NCBI GenBank assembly: GCA_964291625.2
Contig: OZ220089.1
Span: 3,520,001-3,584,000 of the forward strand
Length of the DNA: 64,000 bases
From: Candidatus Latescibacterota bacterium
Lineage (GTDB): Bacteria > Latescibacterota > UBA2968 > UBA8231
Direction of reading: 5' to 3'
The translations under genes were made by a program, and so were the position numbers. The notes beneath the pieces are model-generated. The model saw only the letters and a list, made by a program, of their open reading frames with translations, was not told where the DNA came from and ran no database searches. Shown here piece after piece: positions 19,579 to 28,342 of the stretch (its first letter is position 1; each line of letters starts with the position of its first letter).

Positions 19579-19724
19579 GTGTTGCTGCCTGACAAACCCA
19601 TGGCCGGGGACGCGCATGGATCTCTGACTGGCAATCGAAGTTGGCGGTTTCGGCGAGTGCTGCTCCGGTGACCGGAGATCCTGTTGGCGCTCGCCGTTTT
19701 TCGTTCTGACGCGAAAGAGAGCGT

Positions 19725-19943
19725 ATGCCCAAGGAAGAGGCGATCGAGGTCCAGGCGGTGGTCAAGGAGGCCCTGCCCAACGGCTTCTTCAAGGTGGAGA
19801 TGGAGAACGGTCACGAGGTCCTGGCCCACATCTCGGGCAAGATGCGGAAGTACTACATCCGCGTGCTGCCCGGGGACCAGGTCACCGTGGCCCTGTCGCC
19901 ATACGACCTGAGCCGGGGCCGCATCACCTTCCGCAACCGCTAA
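19725..19943 (+). CDS. infA: Translation initiation factor IF-1
   Basis: 72 aa; [21 protein letters not shown]. Confidence 0.98.
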   Translation: MPKEEAIEVQAVVKEALPNGFFKVEMENGHEVLAHISGKMRKYYIRVLPGDQVTVALSPYDLSRGRITFRNR

Positions 19944-19956
19944 GCGGCGCCGGGTC

Positions 19957-21519
19957 ATGGCGCCGAGAGCCTGGCCCTTCGCCGAGGCCGAGCGCATCCT
20001 CGAGCGCCGGCCGCCGGACGGCGGGCGCCCCATCCTGTTCCAGACCGGGTACGGCCCCAGCGGCCTGCCCCACATCGGCACCTTCGCCGAGGTGGCGCGC
20101 ACCAGCTTCGTGCGCCGCGCCTTCGAGCACCTCACCGGCCGGCCCACGCGCCTGCAGGCGTTCTCCGACGACATGGACGGCCTGCGCAAGGTGCCGCAGA
20201 ACGTCCCCAACGGCGAGATCCTGGCCGCCCACCTGGGCCAGCCCCTGAGCGCCGTTCCCGACCCCTTCGGCTGCTGCGCCAGCTTCGCCGATCACAACAA
20301 CGGCCGGCTGCGGCGGTTCCTCGACGAGTACGGCTTCGACTACGAGTTCAAGAGCGCCGCCCGGGCCTACGGCGACGGCGAGTTCGACGAGGGCCTGGCC
20401 ATCCTGCTGGAGAGGGTGGACGAGGTCCTTCAGGTCATCCTGCCGACCCTGGGGCCGGAGCGCCGCAAGGGCTGGTCCCCCTTCCTGCCGATCTGCACCG
20501 GCTGCGGCTCGGTCAACGCCACGCGGGTCACGGGCTACCACCCGGAGCGGCGCGCCGTCTCCTTCGTATGCGACGGCGACGAACCGGCCGCCCGCGGCTG
20601 CGGGGAGCAGGGCGAGACGTCGGTCCTGGGGGGCCAGGCCAAGGTGGGGTGGAAGGTCGACTGGGCCCTGCGCTGGTTCACCTACGAGGTCGACTACGAG
20701 ATGTACGGCAAGGACCTCATCGATTCGGTGAAGGTCTCCAGCCGCATCGTGCGCATCATGGGCCGGCGGCCTCCGGCGGGGATGACCTTCGAGCTGTGGC
20801 TCGACGAGGAGGGGCGGCGCATCTCGAAGTCGGCGGGGCGTCCGGGGATGACGGTGGAGCACTGGCTCGACTTCGCCCCCATCGAGTCGCTGCTCTACCA
20901 CATCTACCAGAACCCCGGGCGGGCCAAGCGCCTGGTCTGGGAGATCGTGCCCCGGTGCGTGGACGACTACCTCGAGGGGCTGCGCCGGTGGCCGGGGCTG
21001 GACGAGGAGGGGCGCCTCGCCCACGCCCTGTGGCACATCTTCGACCGCGGCCGGGGCGTGCCCGCGTACTCCGGCAACGTCAGCTACAGCGTCGTCCTCA
21101 ACCTGATCTCCGCCCTCGGCAGCGACGACGAGGACCTGCTCAAGGAGTTCCTGCAGCGCTACGATCCGCAGGTCTCGGCCAGTCCCGGCGTCCTCGACGC
21201 TCTCGTGCACAAGGGCCTGGCCTACTACCGGGAGCAGGTCCTGCCCGGCAAGCGCTACCGCAGCCCCGACGACGACGAGCGCGCCCTGCTGTCGCGGGTC
21301 CGCGACCGCCTGGCCGCCTTCGGCAACGGCGACGAGCAGGCGCTGCAGGCGATCCCCTTCGACGTCGCCCGCGAGGCCGGCCGCGAGCCGAAGGAGCTGT
21401 TCCGCTGCTTCTACGAGGTCGTCCTCGGGCAGGAGCGGGGCCCGAGGTTCGGCACCCTGGTGGCGCTCCTCGGCAAGGAGCGGGTCCTGCAGATGCTCAG
21501 GGAGAAGACGGCCGCCTGA
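19957..21519 (+). CDS. lysS: Lysine--tRNA ligase, class I
   Basis: TGYGPSGLPHIGT, SDDMDGLRKVP, YEMYGKDL, ISKS and GPRFG motifs. Confidence 0.95.
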   Translation: MAPRAWPFAEAERILERRPPDGGRPILFQTGYGPSGLPHIGTFAEVARTSFVRRAFEHLTGRPTRLQAFSDDMDGLRKVPQNVPNGEILAAHLGQPLSAVPDPFGCCASFADHNNGRLRRFLDEYGFDYEFKSAARAYGDGEFDEGLAILLERVDEVLQVILPTLGPERRKGWSPFLPICTGCGSVNATRVTGYHPERRAVSFVCDGDEPAARGCGEQGETSVLGGQAKVGWKVDWALRWFTYEVDYEMYGKDLIDSVKVSSRIVRIMGRRPPAGMTFELWLDEEGRRISKSAGRPGMTVEHWLDFAPIESLLYHIYQNPGRAKRLVWEIVPRCVDDYLEGLRRWPGLDEEGRLAHALWHIFDRGRGVPAYSGNVSYSVVLNLISALGSDDEDLLKEFLQRYDPQVSASPGVLDALVHKGLAYYREQVLPGKRYRSPDDDERALLSRVRDRLAAFGNGDEQALQAIPFDVAREAGREPKELFRCFYEVVLGQERGPRFGTLVALLGKERVLQMLREKTAA

Positions 21520-21525
21520 GGCGGC

Positions 21526-21825
21526 TCAGGGAAGCTCGATCTTCGGGCTCTCGCCGTCGGGCCGGTAGAGCAGCACGGTGCGCCCCAGGACCTGCACCAG
21601 GTGAGCCTCCGCGGCTTCGGCCAGCAGGCGCCCCCCCTCCTCGCGGCCGAGCTCGCACGATCTCTCCAGACGCGCCTTCACCAGCTCCGAGGTGTGGAAG
21701 GCCTCCTCCAGCGAGCGCCGCACCGGCTCGCTGAGGCCGGCGCGACCCACCGACACCTTGGGCCGCAGCCCGTGCCCGAGGGAGCGCAGGCGGCGCACCT
21801 GGGCGGGGGTCGGTTCCGCCGTCAT
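21526..21825 (-). CDS. yhbY: YhbY/CRM-domain RNA-binding protein
   Basis: LRSLGHGLRP..VGRAG..ELVK..QVLGRTVLLYR. Confidence 0.9.
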   Translation of the reverse strand: MTAEPTPAQVRRLRSLGHGLRPKVSVGRAGLSEPVRRSLEEAFHTSELVKARLERSCELGREEGGRLLAEAAEAHLVQVLGRTVLLYRPDGESPKIELP

Positions 21826-22220
21826 TCCACCGTGAAGGAGCCGCGGACCTCGCCGGGGCGGAGACGGCGGCCCACCATCCTCTTGAGGAACCCCTTCAGC
21901 AGCCGGCGCGTGCCCGGGACGAGGGCGGCGAAGCCGACGACGTCGGTGAGAAACCCGGGCGTCAGCAGCAGCAGTCCGCCCCCGAGGATCAGGGCCCCGT
22001 CGAAGATCTCGTCGCCGGGGAAGGAGCCGGCCCGCAGGGCCTCCTGAAGGCGCCAAAGGGCGCGCGTCCCCTGGGCCCGGGCAAGAAAGGCGCCGGCGGC
22101 CCCCGTGGCCAGGACCAGCGCCACCGTGGGCGTGACGCCGATGTGGGAGCCGATCTGTACGAGCAGGGCCAGCTCGATCACCGGCAGGAGGGCGAAGAGG
22201 AGGAACAAGCGGAAGAGCAT
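21822..22220 (-). CDS. fxsA: FxsA family membrane protein
   Basis: LPVIEL..QG..GGLLLLTPGFLTD. Confidence 0.93.
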   Translation of the reverse strand: MLFRLFLLFALLPVIELALLVQIGSHIGVTPTVALVLATGAAGAFLARAQGTRALWRLQEALRAGSFPGDEIFDGALILGGGLLLLTPGFLTDVVGFAALVPGTRRLLKGFLKRMVGRRLRPGEVRGSFTVE

Positions 22221-22260
22221 GGTCCGCCAATATACCCGGGGGGGGAACGGGGTCGAGGCG
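22209..22260. repeat. 52-bp direct repeat, copy 1 (fxsA promoter and start codon)
   Basis: gcggaagagcatggtccgccaatatacccgggggggg aacggggtcgaggcg. Confidence 0.95.
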
Positions 22261-22288
22261 GCGGCGCGGGCAAGCCCACCGCAGCGAG

Positions 22289-22786
22289 TCAGGGAGCGGA
22301 AGGGCCCAGGAGCACGTCGCGCAACTCCACCGCCAGAACCTTCCTCACCTCGTTCAGAGTGGTGCCTCGGTCGTAGGCGGTCTCTCTCATCTTCTGGAGA
22401 GTCTCCTCCGGGAACCGAGCGTCATCCTGGACGGACTCGAAGCATTGTTCCTGGATCTCGTACGGCGGCCGGTCCTGAATCTGCGGGGCCATCCCGGGCG
22501 CCGCTTCCCGGGCCCAGGCGCGGGCCCCGATGTCCTCGGAGATGGCCCGGCCCAGATCTGTCAATCGGAGTGGGCTTCCCCCGGATATGGTCGAGGAAGG
22601 CAGCTGGCGCAGCATCTCCTTGATGTCCCGGCGCATCTTCTGGATGTCCAGGCGAATCCCCTCGATGGCGTCGCCCACCGTGGCTCGGAAGGTGTTCATA
22701 CCGCCGATCCACAGACACAACTTGCAGAGCCCGCCGGTCGCGGCCACTCCTCCCACTACGTAGATCAAGGGATTGCCCCAGTCCAT
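22289..22786 (-). CDS. Hypothetical membrane-anchored protein (TM + coiled coil + SPLRLTDLG)
   Basis: AAGGAG RBS; lies between the two direct repeats. Confidence 0.75.
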   Translation of the reverse strand: MDWGNPLIYVVGGVAATGGLCKLCLWIGGMNTFRATVGDAIEGIRLDIQKMRRDIKEMLRQLPSSTISGGSPLRLTDLGRAISEDIGARAWAREAAPGMAPQIQDRPPYEIQEQCFESVQDDARFPEETLQKMRETAYDRGTTLNEVRKVLAVELRDVLLGPSAP

Positions 22787-22898
22787 CGGACTCCTTCCTT
22801 CGCCGGTTACATCACCTTCGCGCCGCCAGGTGGCCCTCGTGAGGGGACGCCAGTCCCTTGGGCCCCCGGCCAACCAAGGCAATTGCCGTACCCGTCAG

Positions 22899-22950
22899 GC
22901 GGAAGAGCATGGTCCGCCAATATACCCGGGGGGTGAACGGGGTCGAGGCG
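22899..22950. repeat. 52-bp direct repeat, copy 2
   Basis: Matches 22209-22260 except one G>T in the G run; 690 bp apart. Confidence 0.95.
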
Positions 22951-22981
22951 AGCGGGCACGGCGATTGCGGTCCGCCTCCCC

Positions 22982-25421
22982 GTGCCCGCCCCGCCCGCCA
23001 GGAGACGCCCGGCCCTGTGGGTGGCCGCCGCCCTCGGCGCCGGGATCCTGACGGCCGACCAGCTCGCCCACGCGCCCTCCCTGTGGCTGGGCGCCGCCGC
23101 GGTCACGGGGGCGGCGGGCCTGGCGGGGTGCCTGACGGCGCGGGCCCCCCGCCTGACCTCGATCTGCCTGCTGGCGCTGGCCGCCTGCGCGGGAGGGTTC
23201 CGCTACCACCAGCACACACGGCTGTGGCCGCCGCACCACGTGTCCGGCTGCGAGAGCCTCGGCGAGCGCGGGGTCCTCGTGGGCCGGCTGGCAGGCGAGG
23301 CGGAGGAGAGCGCCGTCGAGGGGGAACGCCGGACGCGGCTCGTCCTGGAGGCCGAGGGCTGGGCACCCCGAGGAGGGCGACCCCCTCCATCTGACGGGAC
23401 GCGTGTGGGTGACCCTGCGCGGCTTCCGGCTTCCGGCCGGCGCCGGTGACCGCATCTGGCTGAAGACGCGCCTGAGGCGCCCCCAGCCGGCGCGCAACCC
23501 CGGGGCCTTCGACTTCCGCCGGTACCTCCACCTGCAGGGGGTGCACGCCTCGGCCTCCGCGTACCGGCGGGATCAACTGCAGCGCGTGGAGCCCCTGCCC
23601 GCCGCCTGGTGGCGCGAGAACGGCTGGTGCTGTCCCTTGCGGCGGCAGATGCGCGGCGCCCTCGAGGCCAACCTCTCCGGCCCTCCGGCGGGCCTGCTGC
23701 GGGGCATGCTGCTGGGGGAGAAGCACCGCATCCCCGCCGAGGTGGTGGACCGCTTCCGCCACACGGGGCTGGCCCACGCCCTGGTGATCAGCGGCCTCCA
23801 CGTCGGTCTCGTGGCCCTGTTCTTCTACACCGCCTTCCGGTTGGCCCGGGCCCCGCCGGGGGCCGCCTGCCTGGCCACAACCCTCGTCCTACTTCTCTAC
23901 GCGCTGGTCACCGACCTGCAGGCACCGGTGGTGCGCGCCTCGATCATGGCCGGGGTGGTGCTGGTGGGCCGCGCCATCGGACGCCGGGGCGAGGTCTACA
24001 ACTCCCTCGGCCTGGCGGCGGTCGTCATCCTCTGCCTGTGGCCGGCGAGCCTCCTCACCCTCTCCTTCCAGCTCTCCTTCGGCGCCACCCTCGCCATCGT
24101 CGCCCTCCACGGCCCTCTCATGTCGCTGTGGCCGCGGGCCTGGCGCGACGAGGACCACGCCCTGGGCAAGTGGGTGCTGGCGCCCCTGTGCGTCACCGTG
24201 GCGGCGCAACTGGGCACGGGACCCCTCATCGCCTGGCACTTCCAGCAGTTCGCGCCGGTCTCCCTGGCGGCCAACCTGGTCGTGGTGCCGCTCCTCGGGA
24301 TCGCCGTCTCCCTGGGGCTGCTGGCGGCTCTCACCGGGCCCTGGTGGCCCCTTGCAGGGGCCGTCTTCAACGGCGCCAACTACCTCGCCCTGAACGGTCT
24401 GATGGGCGCCGTGGACGCCTTCGCCGCTCTCCCCTTCGCCTCCCTGACGACACCGAAACCCTCGGCCCTCACCCTGGTCCTGGCGGCGTGGACCGCCGCT
24501 CTCCTCGCCTGGGGACCGGGGCGCCCCCGGGTGCGGGCGCTGCTGCTGATCACCCTGCTGGCGTGGGGCAATCTCCAGGTCTGGCCCCTGGTCCTGCGGG
24601 ACCGGGGGCTGGAGATCGTCTTCCTCGACGTGGGCCAGGGGGACGCCGCCTTCCTGCGCTTCCCCAACGGGCGCACGATGGTCATCGACGGCGGCCTCCG
24701 CAGCCGGCGTTCCGACTTCGGGGAGCGCGTCGTCGTCCCCTTCCTCAAGCATCGGGGAGTCACCCGGGTCGACGCGGTGGTCGCCTCCCATCCGCACTCC
24801 GACCACATCGGTGGGCTGGTGCACCTGCTGGAGCGGGTCGAGGTGGGCCACTTCCTCGACAGCGGCCAGGCCTACGACTCGTGGACGGCCCGCCGGCTGC
24901 GCCGGCTGATCGAGACGAGAGGGGTCGCCTACCACCGGGTCGCCGCCGGAGACAGCCTCGCCGGCCTCGGCGGCGTGGGCGCGGTGGTCCTGCACCCGAG
25001 GGCGGGATTCGTCGACGCCGTGGGCGGCTCTCCCCAAGGCCTGAACGACGGCTCGGTGGTGGTCCGCTTCGACTACGGGGAGACGCGGGTGCTGTTCACC
25101 GGCGACATCGAGGAGCCGTCGGAGCCGGCCCTGTTGGGGTGGGGGGAGGGCCTGCGTAGCGGCGTGCTGAAGGCGGCCCACCACGGGTCGCGCACCTCGT
25201 CGGGCCCGGCCTTCGTCGAGGCCGTGAGCCCGTCGGTCTGCGTCGTCTCCGTGGGCGCCTTCAACCGGTTCGGCCACCCGGCGCCGGGGGTGATGGCGCG
25301 GTTCCGGGAGGCCGGGGCCCGGGTCTACCGCACCGACGAGTGCGGGGCCGTGGTGGTGCGGGTGAGGAAGGAGGGTGGGGTCCTGGCGAGGGCGATGGTG
25401 GGAGAGGACTGTGCGCCGTGA
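22982..25421 (+). CDS. comEC: ComEC/Rec2 DNA-uptake competence protein, frameshifted near 23366-23369
   Basis: RNPGAFDF, GLAHALVISGLHVG, SFQLSF, LDVGQGD, SHPHSDHIGG and HHGS; removing one C joins ORFs 22982 and 23403 (..WAPEEGDPLHLTGRVWV..). Confidence 0.9.
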
Positions 25422-25435
25422 GTCCGGCCGGCCGG

Positions 25436-26350
25436 CTACCTGAAGCTGGCCTTGATGCGCGCCCAGGAGGACGGCTCCACGGCGGAAACGTCGTCGTAGC
25501 GGGAAGGGTCTTCCCCGGCGCCGACGAGCAGGCCGTCGGAGAAGAGATCCGCGTTGATCATCTCTTGCCATTTGCCGGAGAGGGAAATCCTCACGTCGAC
25601 CGCTCCACTGCGATCATGGTCTCGCATGGACATCGAGAACCCGATGACCTTGCCGGGGTAGAGGTCGGAGGCCGTGGACGCCTCCTCGTCGTTGTAGATG
25701 AGGTCGTCGAAGGGAGTCAGCATGAACTCGGTGACCGAGGTCGCGGGACTCTCGCCGATGACCCCGCCCCCCGCCGCGGCATACGGCTCCCGGATCACCC
25801 AGTCGCTGGCGCCGTCGTAGTCCAGGATGTCGCCGTCGCCGGGCGCCTCGGCGATCGCCATCCACCGCTGCGCCTGACGGTGGTTCCACAGGACTTGGTC
25901 CGCTGTACACTCCTCGCAGTTGATCCCCAGCAGTTCGCCGTAGATCCCGCCGGTGTGGTCGCCGTCGACCATGAAGGCGATGCTGGAGTCCCAGCGGTGC
26001 ATCTCGTGGAGGCCGGCCCCGTCGTAGCGGTTGAGGTAGAGATCATCGAAGCGCTCCATAGCGACCCAGAGGGTACCGCTGCTCTCGTTCCAGGCGAGCC
26101 AGATGCGGAAGTCCAGGTTCGAGGGATCGTAGGCACCGAACAGCCAGAAGAAGTCGCTGGCCGTCAGGGAGGGGTCGCCGAGGACGTCGTACCAGTCCTC
26201 GACGCTGCCGTCGGTCAGGTCGATGCGGTCGAGATCTTCGTCGCGCAACTCGAAGAAGGGATAAATCTCGTCGCCCACGTGGGCGTAAGCGGCGGGGGGC
26301 GGGCCCAGGAGTGCGGCGAGGCCCAGCAGGGAGATGAGTCGAGTGTGCAT
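25436..26350 (-). CDS. Secreted CBM9/DOMON-like protein, paralogue 1, with SWxRIK tail
   Basis: Signal peptide (AYA-H); DGSVEDW, LAWN..LWVAMERFDD, WDSSIAFMVDGD; ends VEPSSWARIKASFR. Confidence 0.75.
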   Translation of the reverse strand: MHTRLISLLGLAALLGPPPAAYAHVGDEIYPFFELRDEDLDRIDLTDGSVEDWYDVLGDPSLTASDFFWLFGAYDPSNLDFRIWLAWNESSGTLWVAMERFDDLYLNRYDGAGLHEMHRWDSSIAFMVDGDHTGGIYGELLGINCEECTADQVLWNHRQAQRWMAIAEAPGDGDILDYDGASDWVIREPYAAAGGGVIGESPATSVTEFMLTPFDDLIYNDEEASTASDLYPGKVIGFSMSMRDHDRSGAVDVRISLSGKWQEMINADLFSDGLLVGAGEDPSRYDDVSAVEPSSWARIKASFR

Positions 26351-26368
26351 GGGGTGTTCCTGCTCAGG

Positions 26369-27283
26369 CTATTCCAGCGCGGCCTTGATCCGCCCCCAGG
26401 AGGACGGCTCGACGGCGGAAACGTCGTCGTAGCTGGATGGCTCCTCTCCGGCGCCGACGAGCAGGCCGTCGGAAAAGAGATCCGCGTTGATCATCACGCC
26501 CGACCAGCGGGTGAGCGCCACAATCACATCGAAGGCCTCACCGCCGTCATAGTCCCACATGGACATCGAGAATCCGATGACCTTGCCAGGGAACAGTTGA
26601 GAGGCCTCGGACCTTTCCTCGTCGTTGTAGATGAGATCGTCGAAGGGCGTCAACATGAACTCGGTGACCGAGGTCGCGGGGCTCTCGCCGATGACGCCGC
26701 CCCCCGCCGCGGCATAGGGCTCCCGGATCACCCAGTCGCTGGCGCCGTCGTAGTCGAGAATGTCGCCGCCGCCGGGGGCCTCGGCGATCGCCATCCACCG
26801 TTGCGCCTGGCGGTGGTTCCCCAGAACCTGCTCCGGTGTGCATTGCTCGCAGCCGATGCCGAGCAACTCCCCGTATTTCCCGGCGGTGTGGTCACCGTCG
26901 ACCATGAAAGCGATGCTGGAGTCCCAGGTCACCATCTCGTGGAGTCCGGCCCCGTCGTAGCGGTTGAGGTAGAGATCGTCGAAGCGCTCCATGGCGACCC
27001 AGAGGGTACCGCTACCCTGGTGCCAGGCGAGCCAGATGCGGAAGTCCAGGTCCGAGAGATCGTACGAATCGAAGAGCCAGAAGAAGTCGCTGGCCGTCAG
27101 GGAGGGCTCGCCGATGACCTCGAGCCAATCCTCGACGCTACCGTCGGTCAGGTCGATCTGGTCCAGATCTTCGTCGAGGAGCTCGTAGAAGGGGTAGATC
27201 TGGTGGCCGACGTGGGCGTGGGCGGAGCCGGCGAGACCCAGGAACTGGACCAAGGTCAGGAGAGCAACGAGCATCGTCGGCAT
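26369..27283 (-). CDS. Secreted CBM9/DOMON-like protein, paralogue 2
   Basis: AAGGAG RBS; signal peptide; highly similar to paralogue 1; ends VEPSSWGRIKAALE. Confidence 0.78.
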   Translation of the reverse strand: MPTMLVALLTLVQFLGLAGSAHAHVGHQIYPFYELLDEDLDQIDLTDGSVEDWLEVIGEPSLTASDFFWLFDSYDLSDLDFRIWLAWHQGSGTLWVAMERFDDLYLNRYDGAGLHEMVTWDSSIAFMVDGDHTAGKYGELLGIGCEQCTPEQVLGNHRQAQRWMAIAEAPGGGDILDYDGASDWVIREPYAAAGGGVIGESPATSVTEFMLTPFDDLIYNDEERSEASQLFPGKVIGFSMSMWDYDGGEAFDVIVALTRWSGVMINADLFSDGLLVGAGEEPSSYDDVSAVEPSSWGRIKAALE

Positions 27284-27338
27284 GGTGTATCTCCTTGGTG
27301 AAGCGGAGTCCCGCGAGTGGGTCTGCGCTCTCGACCGG

Positions 27339-28254
27339 CTACTTGAAACTGGCCTTGATCCGCCCCCAGGAGGACGGCACGACGGCGGAGACATCGTCGT
27401 AGCGGGAGGGGTCTTCTCCGGCGCCGAGGAGCAGGCCGTCGACGAAGAGATCGGCGAAGCGGACGGCCGCCCCCCTGTCGCCGAGCCACTGAAGGTCTGC
27501 CGGCCCCAATCCGTCGGCATACTCGGTGGCGTCGTTATCGATCGTGCTGATGGTGAAGCCGATGACCTTCCCCGGATACAGTACGGAGGCTTTCGAGGCG
27601 GCCTCGTCGTCGTAGACGAGGTCGTCGAAGGGGGTCACCTTCAGCTCGGTGACCGTGGTCACGGGGGTGGCGCCGAGCACGCCGCCCCCGGCCGCGGCGT
27701 ACGGCTCCCTCACGGCCCACTCGCTGGCGCCGTCATAGGCCACTTGTCCGCCCTCCGCCGTCTCGGCGATCGCCATCCAGTGCTGGGCCTGGCGGTTGTT
27801 CTGGAGCTTGGCCTCCTCACCGAACAGGTACCGGCCGCCAGAGTGATCGCCGTCGACCACGAAGCTGAAGTAGGAGTCCCAGCGGTTCATCGTGGAGAAT
27901 CCCGACTGGTCAATCTCCCCTGCATAGTTGTTGTGATAGATGTCATCGAAGCGTTCCATGGCGACCCAGAGGGTCCCGCTTCGTCGGTGCCAGCCAAGCC
28001 AGAAACGGTTGTCGCAGTTCGTTGGATCGTAGCTGGAGTACGGGTAGTAGAAGTCGGCGGCCGTCAGTGAGGGCTCACCGAGGACGTCGTGCCAGTCCTC
28101 GACGCTGCCGTCGGTCAGGTCAATGCGGTCGAGATCTTCGTCGAGAAGCTCGTAGAAGGGGTAGATCTCGTCGCCGATGTGGGCGTGGGCGCCGGGTGCG
28201 ATCGCCAGGACCGGCGCCATGGCCAGGGTCAGCAGGCCGATGGCAGGTCCGCAT
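27339..28254 (-). CDS. Secreted CBM9/DOMON-like protein, paralogue 3 (extra base near 28245 in the signal peptide)
   Basis: GGAGG RBS and ATG at 28254; removing one base gives MRTAIGLLTLAMAPVLAIAPGAHA; ends VVPSSWGRIKASFK. Confidence 0.72.
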
Positions 28255-28342
28255 GGTACTTCCCTCCCTCATGAGTCGGGACTTCTCGAATGGATCCCAG
28301 TTGGGGGATGCCAGACACCCTCAGTGTGCGGGGAATACCCAC

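Noticed and set aside
23366-23369. Programmed phase variation of comEC
   Set aside because: A C4 run is too short for a typical slippage tract, and nearby compensating indels favour sequence error
25436-28254. Diversity-generating retroelement or CRISPR array
   Set aside because: The repeats are whole paralogous CDSs; no reverse transcriptase, non-coding template or repeat-spacer periodicity seen
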